A stretch of DNA of 64,000 nucleotides from Amoebidium appalachense (GCA_963693365.1 CAVNZM010000001.1:1814907-1878906); one strand, 5' to 3'; positions 48,087 to 63,061 are shown, counted from the first letter of the stretch. Numbers and translations are program-made. The notes: generated by a model not told the origin, from the sequence alone.

Positions 48087-48799
48087 TGTTGGAGTACACT
48101 GGTACTCCCTGCTAGCAATGTCTGTTAGAGAAAGTTTCTGAGCAATTGAATAATTGTTTCAACACTCACTCGAGTGCATAGAGCTTTTGGTTACGGTCAT
48201 ATTCATATATGGTAGTTATATGTTTGAGCCAAAACTGTACCAATGACGAGCTTCACTAGTAACGTGCTAATTGTGCTCATTAATTAATATTCCCGGTTCA
48301 GATGATGTCATGTCTATATTTGCCACAGGATTCTATTCTTAGAGTGGTAGTGTGCTTTATTCCCGGATATTCTCAGAATGTGTGAAGTAAGATTTAGGTT
48401 TAACTGCAATTGGTGTGTTAAACACGTTTATTTGTGTGCGTTAGTGCAAGTTAACTAGCCACTCAACGTGCACAGTTAACTTTTATATCTATAACGACTT
48501 GTTTTCATTGTGCTTTCTTTTCGGCCATGCTGTACATGGCCCACCACCAGGGTGCACACGAGGCCACCATGAGGTGGCCAACGACTATATAAAGCAGTGC
48601 CTCCCATGTCACAAACATGGGAAGCAGAACGTTTGATTTACAATTTTCTACTGTCGTTTTCAGTGCACAAAACACATAGACTAGTTACCCATCATACACG
48701 ACACTATGTCTGACAACTTACAGTTGCAGCAACTAGTCCAACCACTGGAGCAGAGGTTGGCCTCACAAGATGCAATCATTTCTGGGTTGTCAGGGAAAG

Positions 48800-49240
<441 letters not shown>

Positions 49241-49737
49241 TGTGTGCATATCTATGCCGATGTGTGAACGTGTCCCTGTGGGTATGTGTGTCTTCTGTGT
49301 GTGTTCCCAACTTTTGGGGATCAAGTTTATTCAGTACTCATGGTGCAGCACTAGGTTGTGTTACTGGTGAAGCTAGGTGAACCTATTATGTGTGTGCGGT
49401 TGGCCGAAACAAGGTTGTTGCAGTGGAGGATGGTTACTGGTTACTATTGGTGGAATAGTTCTACGTCTGGGTTGAAACGATACAACTTGCACAGGTGCCT
49501 CGTGACGTCTTCAGCTACCACATATCGGCTTCCATTCTATTTTAGCATTATGTGTATGGAGGGTGGCATGTCAAATACTGGTGATTTACAGACAAGAGTT
49601 GTGGAACCCAAGGAAGCTGCCATATTGGCTTATAAAAGTATAGAGGCTTTGCACAAAGATCCTGCACAAAAGCTGCTATTCGTAATGTGATGGTCAAACG
49701 AGAAAGGCTTTTTGTTCATCCGTCGGGGTGTAAGCCA

Positions 49738-50847
49738 CTACTCTACTTCACCCAAGAATGGCGAGGGGAGATACCGGGGCAAACCCTGCCTTACGTGATC
49801 GAGGTACTGATATTGTAGAGGGTATAATAAAGCTGAGTGTAGCTCATTCCACGTGAAGGGGTAGTCCGGGGACTCGAACTGCCGACAGCACCTGCGTTGA
49901 AGAGCCGGATGTGCTTGAACGTCATCTAATTTGGACTGCAGGCGGTTGTGCACCAGTGTGAGCCACTTTTCCGTGAGGTGGGTTCGCGGTCGCATGATGT
50001 ATGCCCCATGGCTTACCAGCTGTGGCCAAGCAGCAATCACCTTCCAACACCTGCCAGTTTCGTTCACTGCGCTGGCATAGTTGTCATCACACTCGACCTC
50101 ATACCGACCCCGAGGCCTGCTGCCAACCATCCATACGTCAGGATCTTTGAAGGCATCAAAATGTGGCTTCCACCTTTTGGATGCAGGCTTAATATCATGG
50201 AAGCCACCGCCGTAGTGGTGCAGCAGGTAAGCCCGCACATAGTCAACCACGTGGTTCCTTGCAAGGTAGTTCCCGAAAACAGCCGGATGCATGGGGTTCT
50301 CGCGAAGATTGAACTGTGGTAGGTTCGCCTCGGTGACAACTGTGACAGTGACCCCCAGTCGAGCCACAATGGATTTGTACGCTTCGTACCTGGGGCCTAC
50401 CATGCCTGCACCGAACCACGCCACAAAAACATTCCTCGGCACAAAGGACGAGTTGGTGGCCGGCCGTATCCATTGTGGCAATGGAGGTAGTGGCGGTGGT
50501 ATCCACGGGGCCTGAATTGACCCGACCTTCTTGGCCGCAGAAGCAGCCTCTCGAGCTAGTTGTTTCATCGACATCTTCAGCGGAAAACGTGAGACGGAGG
50601 GTGGCAATTCGAAGGTGGCAGGCGGGCCCTGGACAACCGAGAAAGGGGAGGTAAAGAGGCCAAACCAGACTGTTGACTCAAGCTCACTGGTGACGATAGA
50701 CCATGGGTGGAATACACTCGCCGCAAAATAAACAAATATAACGGTTGTGAACACGGCGAACAGGCGGTTGAAACCATGCTTACCGCGCGCCAGGTCCTGT
50801 AGTCTGTGTTTTCCCCTGAGCCTAAGCATGCTTGACACAACAATCAT
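49738..50847 (-). CDS. Intronless type II membrane glycosyltransferase-like protein (GT32 / capsular polysaccharide synthesis-like)
   Basis: ~369 aa from ATG 50847; TM LFAVFTTVIFVYFAASVF, Pro-rich stem, VPRNVFVAWFG, VVTEANL, HVVDYVRAYLLHHYGGGFHDIK. Confidence 0.75.
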   Translation of the reverse strand: MIVVSSMLRLRGKHRLQDLARGKHGFNRLFAVFTTVIFVYFAASVFHPWSIVTSELESTVWFGLFTSPFSVVQGPPATFELPPSVSRFPLKMSMKQLAREAASAAKKVGSIQAPWIPPPLPPLPQWIRPATNSSFVPRNVFVAWFGAGMVGPRYEAYKSIVARLGVTVTVVTEANLPQFNLRENPMHPAVFGNYLARNHVVDYVRAYLLHHYGGGFHDIKPASKRWKPHFDAFKDPDVWMVGSRPRGRYEVECDDNYASAVNETGRCWKVIAAWPQLVSHGAYIMRPRTHLTEKWLTLVHNRLQSKLDDVQAHPALQRRCCRQFESPDYPFTWNELHSALLYPLQYQYLDHVRQGLPRYLPSPFLGEVE

Positions 50848-51200
50848 TAAGCTACCCACAGCGCTACCTTGAGTACCAAAAATCAAGAAGTCACGCTTCG
50901 AGGAAGTGGTGAGTTCATGAGGGAGGGGGTGCTACACAGGTGTTATATGTGAGAATGTTCCATGCCTTCTTTCGCCCGACCAGTGAGGCAAGAGATTCCA
51001 GAAAAGAAATATTAAATAAAAGAAATCGTATTTTACTCACAATTATCTAGTTGCAAACCATATCTCTACACCAATAAGGATTTTTTGTCTTGTTTTCCAA
51101 GATCTACTTATACGCCGCTGCAACCCAACAAGAATGAGTGTTGGGGGATAATTGTCACAACCAGTACATTTAAGTAAACCAATCAAGCTCGCCGTATGGG

Positions 51201-52077
51201 CAGGGGTTGAACTACGACTCAAAATCGTCGTATTTACGATTAAGCCCAGGGGGTCAACACGACTAGCGCTGGGAGGTGCTGTATTGGTTTATCGTAGCAG
51301 TCAAATATGCCCCATAGTGTATTTTGGTGTGCTTTCAAAGAAAAACTGGTTTTTTTTCAAGGTAAAAAGTGATCAGGTGGCTATTTTTGCACTCAAGAGC
51401 GAAATATGAAGCCCTGTTTTGCCTGTCGGGGCGTAAAATTACTAACGGAGTGTAATATTGTAAGAAATTGTTCATTAAAGTCGGTAATGTAGGGGGTCTA
51501 TAAGAGCTCGTAAATGAAGTGAACCCCGCCATTTCGATTTCAAAATTCCGACAATACGATTTCATTTTGGGTAACACGGGTCGCGCAGCCAAAGCCGCAC
51601 AACCCCTGCGTATGGGGCCGGAACGGCCCAGGCTATACCAATCATTTTACGGCCGCCTTCAGGGTTGGGCTGGGGCTCGTCAGCTTAACCGTATCGCCCT
51701 TTGGCCAATCGTAACGGACAATATCTTAATGGTAACGGTTGGGGTTCTTCGGGAGCTGCAAGCCCGCCTAAAACGCCCCTCTAGTCCCAAAACTCAAAAT
51801 ACGTATTTTTACAAATTGAGTACGGCAAGATTACAAGCCCTGAAAACTTATCGGGGCTCGATATTGCACATGAGAAGCGCTGTAGATATGTTCTTGGGGG
51901 GGAATGTGCTGTTCTTGAACAGAAATATTGAAAAAATGGGGGAAATTACATATTCAAGCGCTTATAATGCTACACACCTGATACGAAAGCTGTTACGACG
52001 GTACCCTGACCTTATTCGTATCGGGGTCTCTCGTTAATCGTAATTACGACGATTTTTTTTTCGTAATCCCTACCCTG
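51201..52077. mobile_element. Non-autonomous TIR element, hAT-like CAGGG termini
   Basis: Imperfect ~43-bp TIR CAGGG...TACGA...AAAATCGTCGTA(T/A)TTACGATTAA at both ends; no 8-bp TSD. Confidence 0.55.
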
Positions 52078-52356
52078 GCCGCCTTGAATGGCCCCATGCC
52101 GCTAGTACTACCCAGCGTGCCCGCGCCAGCCGCGGAAATTTGAAGGCCCGGCTTACAGTCTGGGTGGGGCGCCAAATGAAGCTGGGGTCTAAAAGCTCAG
52201 TGTATAAATCACCCTCACAAAAAACACAGAATAAGTAGGAGCAGCACTTGATGAAATACTGTCCCGGCATCATTTTATTGATCAAGCTCAGCTGCCACTG
52301 GTGCATATTTGGCCATGGCCCCCTCCCCGCCTCCCCCCCCCCCCCCCCCCCCCCCC

Positions 52357-53271
<915 letters not shown>

Positions 53272-53491
53272 TGTTGTAATACGTAGTATCTACATATTGT
53301 AAGATCTTCTCAGTTCGTGTTATGTTTTCGTTCATTTACTTAGTGTAAAAGATGTGCTCCTTGTACGTAAATTATGACATCGATCTGCAGTGTGTTTGAA
53401 TATTACTTGTAATCGTGCTGTGTCGACTATATTCGTGTGTTTAGACATCGATTACAGCAACTGATTATAGGTACACGAGTCTACCCAGTGA
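53272..53491 (+). repeat. 5' fragment of a Copia-A' LTR
   Basis: TGTTGTAATACGTAG start; matches A' to CTACCCAGTGA. Confidence 0.85.
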
Positions 53492-53677
53492 AACGAATAC
53501 ACAACGAAACAACGAATACACGAACAAACGAAGAATAATTACTAACGAAGCAATGAACCAACGAAAAACGAACCATCACGAATACACAATGAAATAAAGA
53601 ATTAACGACAAACGAATGCATAGAGGAAATACGAAATGAATGCAACACGAAAACAAAACGGAGTAACGAAGTTATCA

Positions 53678-54233
53678 AGGTTTTATTTGTGGAAATTATT
53701 GACATAAATATTTTTCTGGGTAAACACGTAGGATGGGTGTCCGATATCAACAGGCTTCGTTTCATGTTTTAGCAGTTCGCGTTCGGCTGCCCGCATACGG
53801 GCACCTATTAGCCGATCAAAACATCAGATTCCACAGATCACTAGACCGAGTTTGATTGGCTCAGGATAAGATTTCACATAACACTAGATCGGTTTTGATT
53901 GGCTCAGTTCGGCAGCCTTAGGTATATAAGCACGACAGTTTTTTGCAGATCAGCAAGCAACAACACATCTTCTGTGTTTAGCACCTACAGCTTTACAGCT
54001 ATATTTTCTTTTTCACCCACCCACCTACACCCTACACTCAACCCCCATTGATCCCCACATACGTGCTGTTTTTTCGGGGCGAAGACTTCCCCCGTTTTTT
54101 GGGCACAAGGACCTCACGGATCAATAAATTGATGACTGGGGGCCTGCCGTGGTTTACAACCATTGCAGGTTCACTTTCGTCCAAGGGGATGTCCCCCTAG
54201 AGGCAACACACGTCCCGGAGTAGTTTTCATAGA
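53678..54233 (+). mobile_element. Solo A-B terminal unit of the Ngaro-like family
   Basis: Diverged reverse complement of 14642-15213 with no coding sequence; flanked both sides by AACGA-rich sequence. Confidence 0.85.
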
Positions 54234-54668
54234 ACGACAAAAAACGAAAAACGAAAGCAAAATGAAATGGAAATACGAAAATGAAAGAACGAATGCACAA
54301 CACTGCTTGGGTTGCAATGCACACAGCCCCCTCTATGTTACGAAGAAAAGAAACTGTTGCCCTTGCGTGCATTGCGCTATTGCACACTGTCATCGTGTCC
54401 ATGCCACCGCATGCATGTCCACACTCGCAAGCCAGATGCACGGCCACTTTCAGCACGAATGCATTTAAAGAAGAAGGTAGTCGCTGTTCCTATAGCATTG
54501 AGGACATAAAGTGCTGTGAAAGTAGTTTTGCATGCATGCTTCGAATTTCTTGCTGCTTTCGAATACAGCATGCCCAATAGTTTAGCGCACAGGATGCACA
54601 ACATGCGCATGAATGTATGCTGGCATACCTAAACACATTACGAACATATGCCTCATGTATGGCGGCCA

Positions 54669-55781
54669 TGTTGTAATACGTAGTATTTACATATTCAATT
54701 AAGATCTTCTCAGTTTGTGTTATGTTTCAGTTCATATGCTTAGGATAAATGCCACACTCCTATTATGTAAAGTGTAGCATCGATCTCCAATGCCTGAGTA
54801 CTTGTAATCGTGTTGTTTCGGCTATATTCGTGCGTTTAGATATCGATTACAGCAATTGATTATAGGTACACGAGTCTACCCAGTGAGGGAGAAACGTGTA
54901 CATATTTATGTGTACATGAATATCTTCGGTTACAACTGTGTTTTTGTGTTCGTGTTTTCTGTCCTGCTCTCTTTTCTTTTTCCTCTTTCTTCGTCTTTTC
55001 TTTTCTCTTTCTTTCTTCTCTTGTTTCCTTTCACATAATTATATTTCTTTCTCACTAATATACGTTGAGTAGATTTATAATACTCGTTATGTTTTGATTG
55101 GTAGAAAAAACACTTAGGCTACACTTTAGCTTTTCATCTATGATTCAAAGCTTAGTCAACCACTTTTATTTTGTGTGTTGCCGTACTGTATCCAATCAGT
55201 AGACTTAGTCAGAAAATGTCTAAGTCTTTGTAGCCGGTGATAGGTTAGAAACATCACCTCTTTCCTCTTTACTTTTCACCTCATTACTTTCTTATAGCTG
55301 TGACCTATATTGTGCGTTCCTGTGTCTCCGGATCTCCGGGAAATAATCAGTTAATTGTGATTGGTTATTTTAGACATAGATCTGATTTCCGACTGGTCGG
55401 AAATCATGTATGGATTTGACTTGAGGGAATTTTAAGTATTTATGCGAGATCGAAATAAATTGAGTTCAGTCGTGTCTAAACATTGATGTCTGTTGTGTAC
55501 ACTGCTCCGATCGTTCCGTGTTTTGTTGTTGTGTGTTTGTGGTGTTTTCACACTGCACCACTGTGTCTCTGCTTCCGTCCCAAATACTTATACAATTTTA
55601 CAGGTTATGCAGCCCTTTTGCACGCTCCCTACACACATCTAGACTTAGCTATCGTTTTTTTTCAATCATGGATCCTAACAAAACTGGTGTGAACAAAATA
55701 ACCATGTGGAAAGGTGAAGGGAAGACTGGTCCCGATAGCAAAACCACCTATTTTCAATGGGAAATCATCTTTCTCGGAATG
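54669..55781 (+). mobile_element. Diverged Copia-A 5' fragment (LTR 54669-55602, PBS, gag start at 55668)
   Basis: MDPNKTGVNK...IIFLGM cut by LTR-B. Confidence 0.9.
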
Positions 55782-56155
55782 TGTTGTTTTGTGTGGGTAA
55801 ACGGGAAAGCAGAGTGCACAGATGGGTGTTATGTTATACACAACACAGAGACACACGGGAGAAACACAACCGGAGAGGTGGAACGATTACTGGGGCCATA
55901 GGAAATGAATTCGACTGCTTGATATTTATTCCAAGATGAAGTTCCTTTTATACTTAGGAATATGAAATCGATAAACCAATCAAAAGAACGAAAACTCTAT
56001 TTTCCAATCAGAAAGACGAAATCTATGAGGGTAAAATAAATCGATCGAAATGCCTGTCGACACATAGAAGATAAAACGCAATCCTCTAATGAAAGTAAAC
56101 TTCTAATAAAAGGTACGGAAACATTTAACAAAATGAACCACTTATGTAACTATTA
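55782..56155 (-). repeat. 3' part of a Copia-B LTR
   Basis: Matches ~46284-46655. Confidence 0.85.
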
Positions 56156-56264
56156 CACCTGATTCTGCGATTCGTCCTGAGTGGGGATGTTGGAAGATGG
56201 TATCGTTATCCAGTCCGATCGCATGAATCAGATCATGATCGGCTGGTGGCCTGCGAGATCTTAA

Positions 56265-56312
56265 CCGATTTCGTAGCTCATTTGGTAGAGCACTCGACCG
56301 GAGATAGAGAAG
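56265..56312 (+). other. tRNA-derived fragment (5' half with Pol III A-box), not a complete tRNA
   Basis: GTAGCTCATTTGGTAGAGCA D-arm, then CTCGA-CCGGAGA-TAGAG anticodon-like arm; no T-arm or B-box. Confidence 0.5.
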
Positions 56313-57149
56313 AACAATGCACCCCTATCCATGCAGGTCTATCTGTTCTCCTGCAGCCAATCAGAATGCCGTACTAGGAAACCCAATACTTCAACCTGAT
56401 AGGGTACAGGAGAGGACAGCAAACCAACCAACGGCATTAGCACTTGACTGCATATCCCATTTCCATTGGCTGCCCAAAAGTCTTAGCACACCTTGCTACG
56501 GCCGCAAAGATGCTGAGGACTGAGACTGACACACGGTGCCCATCTCCCGGTAGGGTCCAAGTCATGCGAGAGCTTGATTGTGGGACGGCAAGGACCAGAA
56601 ATAAGTTTTTTGATTGGCTGAGGTTTTGGCGCCCCGCTTACTTAAAGAATATGAAGAAGAGCTTTGTCGGGTGGGCATTTGCTGAGGTGGAGTTTGTTTT
56701 TGCCAAGAAACAGCAGCAGTAGACATAAGTCTCGTTTCTTGTTACTTCAGCTTGGTAGGTTTGCGCGTACCAGCATGTCACGTGCTGTGTGCAGGTGCTT
56801 TTTGCTTCTTGGGTTGATTTTGCCAGCGCCCCAACGCCTCAACGCGCCCCCCCCTCCCCCCCCCCCTCCCCCCCCCCCCTCCACCCTCTTCCTCTCCTCT
56901 TTCTCTTCCCCCCATTCCCCATCTGTCCCTTCTTCGCCCAGAACCTAGACTTACCCTCACGTCCTTGCATGGACCCCTTCTTTTAACCTTGCTCCTTATT
57001 TTTCTCATGGTCTTGGCGTCTTCTCCTTTGCAGTGGTTACTCCCCCCTCCCCCCCCCCCCGCTCCGCCACCCTCCCTCCCCCGTTCTTTCATACCCATAC
57101 CCATTGTTTCATGTCCATGGTTAGCTCTGCCTCTCGGGTTGGTCGTTTA

Positions 57150-57853
57150 GTTTCCACCACTCCCTTTCTTCTTCTGCTTACAACAACCTTCTCACGCTTC
57201 CCTATCTAAGCACAAGTGCACCTTCTCTCTCCCACGTCCCCCCTCCGTGTCTTTCTATCCACATCTCTCGCTTCTCTCTACCCTCCCCCCACCCCTCTCC
57301 CTCCGTCCCACACACACGCCCACACACAATCTCTCCCTCTCTCTCTCTTTCTCCCCCCCCCTCTCTTTCTGTTCGTATCTCTCTCAGTCTCTCTTCCCCC
57401 TCCTCTCCTGTTCCTGTCTCCCCTCTCTTCCTCCTGCACACAAACACACAAACACACACCCTTTCTCATCCCCTCCCCCCCCCTTCTCTTTCTCCCCCTC
57501 CCTTCATCCCACACAAACACACACGCACTCCCCCGTCCCCCCGTCCTTCTCTTCCCCGCCCCTCCTTTGATCCCACACACAAACATACACACCCTCCTCC
57601 CTTTTCTTCCCACACACACACACACACACACACGTCTTGAGAATAGAGGGAGTGCCGGGGAGGGGGGAGGAGGGGGGGAGGGGACTCTTTTTCATTCTGT
57701 AACCCTTATCTGTAACCCTTCTCTGTGGCTTCGAATAACTCAACAGCTCATTAAGCCACGTCTGTCCCCGCAGACTGCACGGAACTCAGCTGCTGTGTGA
57801 CAAAGGTGGTAGACCATATCAACAGCCAGCCACAAGGCAGTACGTGCCTCCTC

Positions 57854-57899
<46 letters not shown>

Positions 57900-58069
57900 C
57901 CCTCCCACCCTCCCCTCCCCATAACCCTCCTCCCAGCCTGGCGCCGCCGCTCCAAACGGAGGTGATGTGTTGCCACACTCCCCATTTTTTGACACCTCAG
58001 TCACCTATCAGGTAACAGCGGAAGAGTATTTTTGTGGGGGGCAGGTGGGGGGGGGGGGGGGGGGGGGGG

Positions 58070-58113
<44 letters not shown>

Positions 58114-58530
58114 GCTGAAGATCCCCAATGTTGGCTTTTTTTGCACGGAGGAAAGAGCATTGGGGTCGAGGTTCCCCCCCTCCCCCCCCCCCTTCCCTTC
58201 ACCATTTTCACGCTTCTCTATCTAAGCACGAGTGCACCTTTCTCTCCCCCCTCCTCCCTCCGTCTCTCTGTATCCACATCTCTCGCTTCTCTCCCTCCCC
58301 CTCCCCTCTCCCTCTCCCTCCCTCCGGCACACACACACACACACACACACACAATCTTGCTCTCTCTTTCTCCCTCCCTCTCTTTATGTTCGTATCTCTC
58401 TCAGTTTTTCTTCCCCGTCCTCTCGTGTTCCTGTCTCCCCTCTCTTCCTCCTGCACACATACACATACACACACACACCCATTCTCACCCCCCCCCCTCC
58501 TCCGCCCTTCGCTTCCTCCCCTCCCTTCAT

Positions 58531-58566
<36 letters not shown>

Positions 58567-58724
58567 CTCTCACCCCCCCCCCCCCCGCCTTCTCTTTTCC
58601 CCCCTTTTTTCATCCAACACACGCACACACACCCTCTTTCCTTTCTTCCCCCCCCCCCCCCCCGCGCCCATCTCTCCTCCTCTACTTTGGTCAATTAGTT
58701 TCCACCACACAATCTCTTTCTCAT

Positions 58725-58775
<51 letters not shown>

Positions 58776-59785
58776 CTCTCACCCAACCCCCCCCCCCCCC
58801 CCCCGCCCTTCGCTTCCCCCCCCTCCCTTCATCCCACACAAACACACACACACAAACACACCGTGTGACACACGCACCCTCTCTCACCCCCCTACCCCCC
58901 CCCCCCCCCCATTCTGTCTGTGCACATGGCTGATGTTGCATGCTTGAATGTTTGCCTTTGAATGTGTCCTTCGTGCATGCGTACTTCGTACGGTGTCCGC
59001 ATTCAAACCCCCTCCCCCCCCCCCAAACCCCCCCGCCTTCTCTTTTCCCCCCTCCATTCATCCCACACATGCACACACACCCTCTTCCCTTTGCTTTCTT
59101 TCCCCCTCTCCCCCCCCCCCCCCCCCCTCCTCCTACTTTGGTCAATTAGTTTCCACCACACGCTTTTCTCTTTTGCTTACAACACCGTTCTCACATTCCC
59201 TATCTAAGCTAAAAGTACACCTTCTCTCTCCCCCGTCCCCCCTCCGCCTCTCTCTATCTGCATCTCTCGCTTCTCTCCACCTTCCCCTTCTCCTCTCTCT
59301 CCCTCCCGCACACACACACACACACACACAATCTCTCCCTCTATCTCTCTTTCTCCCTCCCTCTCTCTCTCTGTTCGTATCTCTCTCAGTCTCTCTTCCC
59401 CCTCCCCTCATGTTCCTGTCTCCTCTCTATTTCTCCTGCACACTCAAACACACACACACACACACACACACCCTTTCTCACCCCCTCCCCCCCCTGCCCT
59501 TCTCTTTCCCCTTCTCCTTTCATTCCCCCCCCCCCCCCCCTCCCCCCCCCCCCCCCCCCCCCCTCCCCTATCTTTCCTCCTCTTACTCCGTTTCTCTTAC
59601 CAATGTGTAGAATCCGGCCCTTAAAAATCCGGCACTTATTATACACTTATCTCTTAGCCTTTCAAACAAATAAGTGCCCAAATACACACACGCACCACAA
59701 GTCAGACGAACATACCATCACATGGCAAGCACTACCTCACAGGCACACCCTGACCTCATCCACGCACGCGTGCGCGCGCACACGC

Positions 59786-59841
<56 letters not shown>

Positions 59842-60050
59842 ACACACGTCTTAAGGATCGAGGAGTTCTGGGTGGGCAACTAAAGCTCTTTTACAATCTG
59901 TAACCTTTCTCTGTAACCCTTCTCTGTGGCTTCTTATCATTCAACAGCTCTTTAAGCCACGTCTGTCCCCGCAGGCTGCACGGAACTCAGCTGCTGTGTG
60001 ACAAAGGTGGTAGACCATATCAACAGCCAGCCACAAGGCAGTACGTTCTC
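57150..60050. repeat. Pyrimidine/CA-rich low-complexity block with internal duplications
   Basis: ~57150-57850 recurs at ~59140-60045 and partly at ~58200-58700. Confidence 0.75.
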
Positions 60051-60145
60051 TTTCCCCCCCCTCCCCCCTCCCCCTTCCCCCCCCCCCCCATAACCCTCCT
60101 CCCCGCCTCCCCTCCCCCCCCCCCCCCCCCTTCCCCCGGCCGCCC

Positions 60146-60236
60146 CAAGCGGAGGAGGTGATGTGTTGCACGCTTCCCAGTGTTGACACCTTATTCACTT
60201 ATCAGGAAATGGCGGAAGAGTGTTTTTTTTTTGTTT

Positions 60237-60268
<32 letters not shown>

Positions 60269-62606
60269 GGAGGTGAAGGAGGAGGGGAGGGGGGGGGGGG
60301 GGGGGGGGTCTGTAACTCTCCTCTGTATCTTGTGTCTGTTTCCCTCGGTGACATGTAGTCATTTGTGCCTGTATCTTTTTTCCGTATCTTGTGGTGGTGC
60401 ATGCAACTTCCCTTTGTATCTGGTCCCTGTACCTTTTCTCTGTATAATGTGTCTGTCTGTATATTCCGCCTCTACCGTTGCTTCCTTAATTCGTCTTCGT
60501 AGCTTCCCCCTTTTGTCTTGGTTATGCTGTGTCTTTACCATCCGTACGTATCTTGTGGTTGTACCTTCCCTTCACTATGTATCTGTGTCTGTTTAATGTG
60601 TCTCGACCTTCACACACACACACACACACCATTGGCATTCTTTACGAGCCCACTTTAACCCATCACGTATTCATCATTAGGGCACTGGGTGTACCTGTCC
60701 GGCCCTGCTGCAACCTCCCAGCACCCTCCTCAACATCAACAGCCCTCTCAACCCGAGGCCAATGATGCCAATGCAGGTAAGCTCTCACCAATCAACATGG
60801 ATGTCTTTATTTCTGACTTTTTCGCATGCATCCTATTGCGCCCAGCCTTTTGTCCCCGTCCCCCCCCCCCCCCCCCCCCCCCCCCCTTCCCTTCCCTTCC
60901 CCTCACACACACACACAAAACAACTCGTTGCAAGGAAGCAAAGGAATTCGTGTCTGTACGTTCCATCTAAATAATGTCTTAAACTTGCTCTGTCGGTGGT
61001 GTCTGTACCTTGCTTCTAGGTGTCTGTACCTTTCTTCTAGTTGTCTGTACCTTTCCCCGGGCCCTTAATAATATTTCTTTCTGTCGGTGGTGTCTGTACC
61101 TTTCTTCTAGGTGTCTGCACCTTTCTTCTAGGTGTCTGGACCTTTGCCTTTGCCTGGGCCGTGTATATAATGTGTCTGTAACTTGCTCTGTCGGTGGTGT
61201 CTGTACCTTTCTTCTAGTGTCTGTGCCTTTCTTCTAGTTGTTTGTACGTTTCCCGGGGCCCTGTATAACGCACGTAAGGACACGGAAGGGGGCCCTACGC
61301 GCCTCAAGCGGAGGAGGTGATGTGTTGCACGCTTCCCAGTGTTGACACCTTATTCACTTATCAGGAAATGGCGGAAGAGTGTTTTTTTTTGTTTGTTTGT
61401 TTTTTTTTGGGGGGGGGGGGGGGGGGGGGGGGAGGTGAAGGAGGAGGGGAGGGGGGGGGGGGGACCCGAGCAACCCATTGTAAGAAAGCATGCACACATT
61501 CTCTGGCTCACACACATGGAATGCATAGGCCCCCATGTGCTTATTCATGCCCGGAGGGGGGACGGGTAGGGGGGGGGGGGGGGGGTCTGTAACTCTCCTC
61601 TGTATCTTGTGTCTGTTTCCCTCGGTGACATGTAGTCATTTGTGCCTGTATCTTTTTTCCGTATCTTGTGGTGGTGCATGCAACTTCCCTTTGTATCTGG
61701 TCCCTGTACCTTTTCTCTGTATAATGTGTCTGTCTGTGTATTCCATTCCGCCTCTACCGTTGCTTCCTTAATTCGTCTTCGTAGCTTCCCCCTTTTGTCT
61801 TGGTTATGCTGTGTCTTTACCATCCGTATGTATCTTGTGGTTGTACCTTCCCTTCACTATGTATCTGTGTCTGTTTAATGTGTCTCGACCTTCACACACA
61901 CACACACACACCATTGGCATTCTTTACGAGCCCACTTTAACCCATCACGTATTCATCATTAGGGCACTGGGTGTACCTGTCCGGCCCTGCTGCAACCTCC
62001 CAGCACCCTCCTCAACATCAACAGCCCTCTCAACCCGAGGCCAATGATGCCAATGCAGGTAAGCTCTCACCAATCAACTTGGATGTCTTTATTTCTGACT
62101 TTTTCGCATGCATCCTATTGCGCCCAGCCTTTTGTCCCCGTCCCCCCCCCCCCCCCCCCCCCCCCCCCTTCCCTTCCCTTCCCCTCACACACACACAGAC
62201 ACAAAACAACTCGTTGCAAGGAAGCAAAGGAATTCGTGTCTGTACGTTCCATCTAAATAATGTCTTAAACTTGCTCTGTCGGTGGTGTCTGTACCTTTCT
62301 TCTAGGTGTCTGTACCTTGCTTCTAGGTGTCTGTACCTTTCTTCTAGTTGTCTGTACCTTTCCCCGGGCCCTTAATAATATTTCTTTCTGTCGGTGGTGT
62401 CTGTACCTTTCTTCTAGGTGTCTGCACCTTTCTTCTAGGTGTCTGGACCTTTGCCTTTGCCTGGGCCGTGTATATAATGTGTCTGTAACTTGCTCTGTCG
62501 GTGGTGTCTGTACCTTTCTTCTAGTGTCTGTGCCTTTCTTCTAGTTGTTTGTACGTTTCCCGGGGCCCTGTATAACGCACGTAAGGACACGGAAGGGGGC
62601 CCTACG
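60146..62606 (+). repeat. Tandem duplication (60146-61299 and 61305-62606) containing a 21-bp minisatellite TGTCTGTACCTTTCTTCTAGG
   Basis: Near-identical units; the second has ~110 extra bp and one more 21-mer. Confidence 0.9.
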
Positions 62607-63061
62607 TGTCTGTAACTTGCTCTGTCGGTGGTGTCTGTACCTGTCTTCTAGTTGCACCTTTCCCCGGGCCCTGTGTGATGTGTCTGTAGCTTGCTCTGTC
62701 AGTGGTGTTTGTATCTTCCAACTGTTTGATGTGTTTGTGCGTTTTGCATGTTATCATGTTGTCTGTATCTTCCGCCTGTATCTTGTGTCTGTACCTTCCC
62801 TCTACCACTACTCCTGTGTGGTGTTTGTACCTTCCCTCCCTATCTTTTTTGTACCCTGGCCCTTGGATCCTTCGGTACCTTGTGTAAGTTCCTCCAATGT
62901 GTATCTCACCCCTGTATGTTGTGTCTGTACTTTCCCTCTTCCCTCTATATTGTTCTGCAGCCCATGAACCCCAATCCCTCCCCCCTCCCTGTCCCCTCCC
63001 TCCCTGTCCCCTCCCCCCCCCCCCCCCCCCCCAACAACAACCTTTCCATCCATCCTCATAG

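Noticed and set aside
51519-52037. 172-aa ORF as transposase
   Set aside because: GTG start, no recognisable motif, inside a short TIR element
56265-56340. Functional tRNA gene
   Set aside because: No T-arm, B-box or acceptor 3' strand
60990-62670. CRISPR-like repeats
   Set aside because: 21-mers are head-to-tail without unique spacers; no cas genes
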